In this document: piece after piece, positions 61,141 to 64,000 of the stretch
How the letters are laid out: each line of letters opens with the position of its first letter
Position numbering within the stretch: position 1 is the stretch's first letter
DNA from: Fimbriosthenelais zetlandica
Lineage: Eukaryota
NCBI GenBank assembly: GCA_977030845.1
Contig: OZ365113.1
Location: 33,852,001-33,916,000 of the forward strand
Direction: 5' to 3'
DNA length: 64,000 nucleotides
Made by a program: the position numbers and the translations under genes
Notes under the pieces: generated by a model
The model's database searches: none
What the model was told of the DNA's origin: nothing
Seen by the model: only the letters and a program-made list of their open reading frames with translations

Positions 61141-64000
61141 CTGGAAAAGAAGAAAAAATTGTCATCAATATTATTCATTCAAAATCCCAATGCAAATCAA
61201 TCGTATCTCAAGTTAACTATTTCTTATTAGGATGTACATGAATAACAACATTGAAAAACAGCAACTTATATATGAAAAGCAAATATATTTCTCAACCCTT
61301 TTCCATTATCAGCAAAGGAAAAAAAAACATAATCATTCTTCTATAATTCTCCTCACACCCACACATGTCGAGCCCACACACACATGGTTGCTTCCCAATG
61401 CAGTAGGTAAATTGCCTATAATAATAGATGTCAAGACTTGTTTTGTTTCTATGAATATGGGACAGTTTTTGGGCTCCCACCCCCCTCCCCATTCTCCTAG
61501 CCCTACAGACTTGATATGTGTAGTGGAAAAAACTACAACATGGTGACATGTGATTTTTTCCTAACCTCTCCTAGTATAGTACTGCGCACCCAGACACAAA
61601 CATGAGGCAGACTGAAAACTGTTTCTGTACAACTCTTCGCCACTTATTTTTAGTGGAAAAAGTGTTTTGATATCCAGGTTCGTTCGAATATTCACCAATT
61701 CCTGAGCCATAACATTCTCCCGCAGCATAAAGATTGATTCTACCCATGAAAAGCCCACACAATCCAATTAAACCTATACTTCAACAATACCATTGGGTTA
61801 TTTCAAAGAGATTAAAAACTTATATTTCGGTTTTATAATCAATTTGAAATCACCCCTTTTCAAAGGATTGTTTGCATTTGTCACTATCAAACCCAAGAGC
61901 AGCGTTCAAAGAAAAAGTATAAAGCCCTTGACGAAATTAACAGTATAAAAAATAGAAGAAACCTGGGTGTGTATTGCAATGTAATATATCTCTCTCGGGG
62001 AAAAAATATTCCAAGCTTGGCATTGTGAGCAGCAATAAAAGAGTCCCATTTTACCATACACTCTAAATTTCACAGTTGATTCAAATCTGACCCATCCCAT
62101 CACCTATCAGTACACTTGAGTTATAGAGAATGCTTGGGTTGAATGAACTTTACATATATATGTGTGACTACACTTTGAATATCAAATTTGTGGGACTTTT
62201 TTTCATTTGGAATTCCATTATCAACCCCTTCCCTCCAATGAAAGGAATGCAGTACTAATAAAAACCAACCGTCCATATCACAGTCTGATACAGAAAAATT
62301 CAATGTAGATAATTCATTTTTACTTCACTAGATCAGTTCCAAAATCTTTCTATAGTCAAATTACAAATGGGAGAGTAAAAACCGTCTGGGCATGGCAAAC
62401 AGCAGACTATAGCTGGAAGGTTATTACACCGTCTGCAGGAACGATAATTAAAAACAGGCCAATTTTCAGTCGACTGGAATTGGATCAAACAGGTCATACA
62501 TACAATGCAAAAAAGACATACGATACTAGTTGTTTCCAACAACAAAGGATATCCGATTGAATAGGGACAATATGAGACATGAAACATTAAAGTGCCTTAG
62601 CCTACAACTGTGACATTTCTGCACTGGTCTCACATCCCGCGTCCATGAGAACCTATCCGGGTCACCTGTATTTTATGCCTATAGTTTTTTTATTAACCCT
62701 CTCTCCACCAACAATAAGGTTGTTTAGTAACCCTTTCTGTCTGGTGCAGATTTTTTCCTGAAATTATCTTCTGACTTGTTTGAGCGTTCAAGGAATTCGA
62801 GGTAGAGAGAAGGCTCTTTATCGGCAGCCTCGTTATGGATGAAAGGGAGGTGAGGAAAGACAGGGAACCAGTCAAGGGTTGCCAGGCGACCTGACGTAAA
62901 AAAACGTCAAAAATAAAAATCACACTTTGAGTGAAGATCTCAACCTTAACAGTTTGTTTTAACTGGTCTACAAACACCTTTTTAACCACAAATAAAAAAC
63001 AAGCTTGAAATATATCCTGGAACGACTCTAGTGCAGACGCTGGGATAAACCAAAGTCCCCTCACGAATTATTTTCTACTGGAACTAAATTCTGAACAAAT
63101 TATTCATAAATAAGTCAAATTAAAAACAACACGGAAATATAACCGTTCATTAAAAGCCAAAGAAATAATTTGAAGAAGGGGAAAAATATCATTAATTATA
63201 AAGGTGTATTTAAAATCAAAAACAGTTATACTATAAAACATGCTATTAGGATAATAGGAAGACTACACCCCGTGGTATAGCTGCTCAAGCATGCAATACG
63301 TGTAATAAATACAGGCGCCGGTCATATATTCAGCCTCACAGAAGTCTAAAATTATCTATGTTTGCTCATATTTTGAAACGTGCGCATGCATGGATGCGTG
63401 AGCGAGTGGAAGGTAAGGCAATAAGAGGACGTAATAAATCTGTTTTTTCATCGTTTTTTCATAGTAACATTGTTTTTATTAGAGGAGAAGAACCCTGCTG
63501 TCTAGACACTAGATCCTCGTCACACCCCAGACAGATCTACACATCCGCATACACAGGCGTATTAATACATGTATGTACAACTCAAAAATAGATCCTCAAA
63601 CCTAACACACTTACTATAATATGGTATCATTGCGATATCAAAAATGAATCCAGATGTATTACATATTTTATAAGAAATCTCCAATACATATATAAATCTG
63701 GATTCTGTTTGGTAACTTGAGCCAAGTGTTTGTATTCCAACTCAAAAGGTCATGAGTTCGAAACTTGACCTATCTATATTATTGTTCTCCATTTATCTAT
63801 CTTTTCAAGGAAACATTTTATCATCCCTATAGGTAATTTTCTATCTTCCCTAGGTAACTTTCTATCTTCCATGAGCAATCTTCTATCTTTCCGAAGCCAC
63901 CTTCTATACCTTCTCTATGTTACCTTCCATCTTTCCTATACATATAGTTAACTTTTTATACCTCAATGTAAACCTGGTTTTTCAATGAGATATATCAGCA

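Noticed and set aside
63705-63770. tRNA/SINE-like B box GAGTTCGAAAC
   Set aside because: The A box and stems are too degenerate to support a call.

Overview
Eukaryotic (invertebrate animal-type) genomic DNA with spliceosomal GT-AG introns, simple repeats and non-autonomous transposon relics. No prokaryotic features and no CRISPR. All supported genes lie on the minus strand. (1) A multi-exon CCDC162/C6orf183-like (DUF4549) gene at ~297-14648, probably running off the left edge. (2) A DEG/ENaC-family ion channel at 21582-34388. By hand I reconstruct 27 phase-consistent exons (~1,920 aa). Its ectodomain carries two large insertions: a ~980-aa PAN-MAM-Kringle-LDLa-MAM-LDLa-MAM-MAM-LDLa cassette at the finger position, and a ~460-aa helical insert at the knuckle position. 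This is the most unusual object in the window. (3) A single-exon GT31 beta-1,3-glycosyltransferase at 35642-36913. (4) A somatomedin-B plus Methuselah-like family-B GPCR at 39972-43003. (5) The terminal exon of an unidentified gene with three PPxY/LPxY motifs at 54620-55573. There is also a TA-flanked foldback element, MITE-like hairpins, tRNA-derived SINE heads and a minisatellite that duplicates a splice donor. Exon boundaries are manual predictions. Family names come from motif recall, not from database searches.
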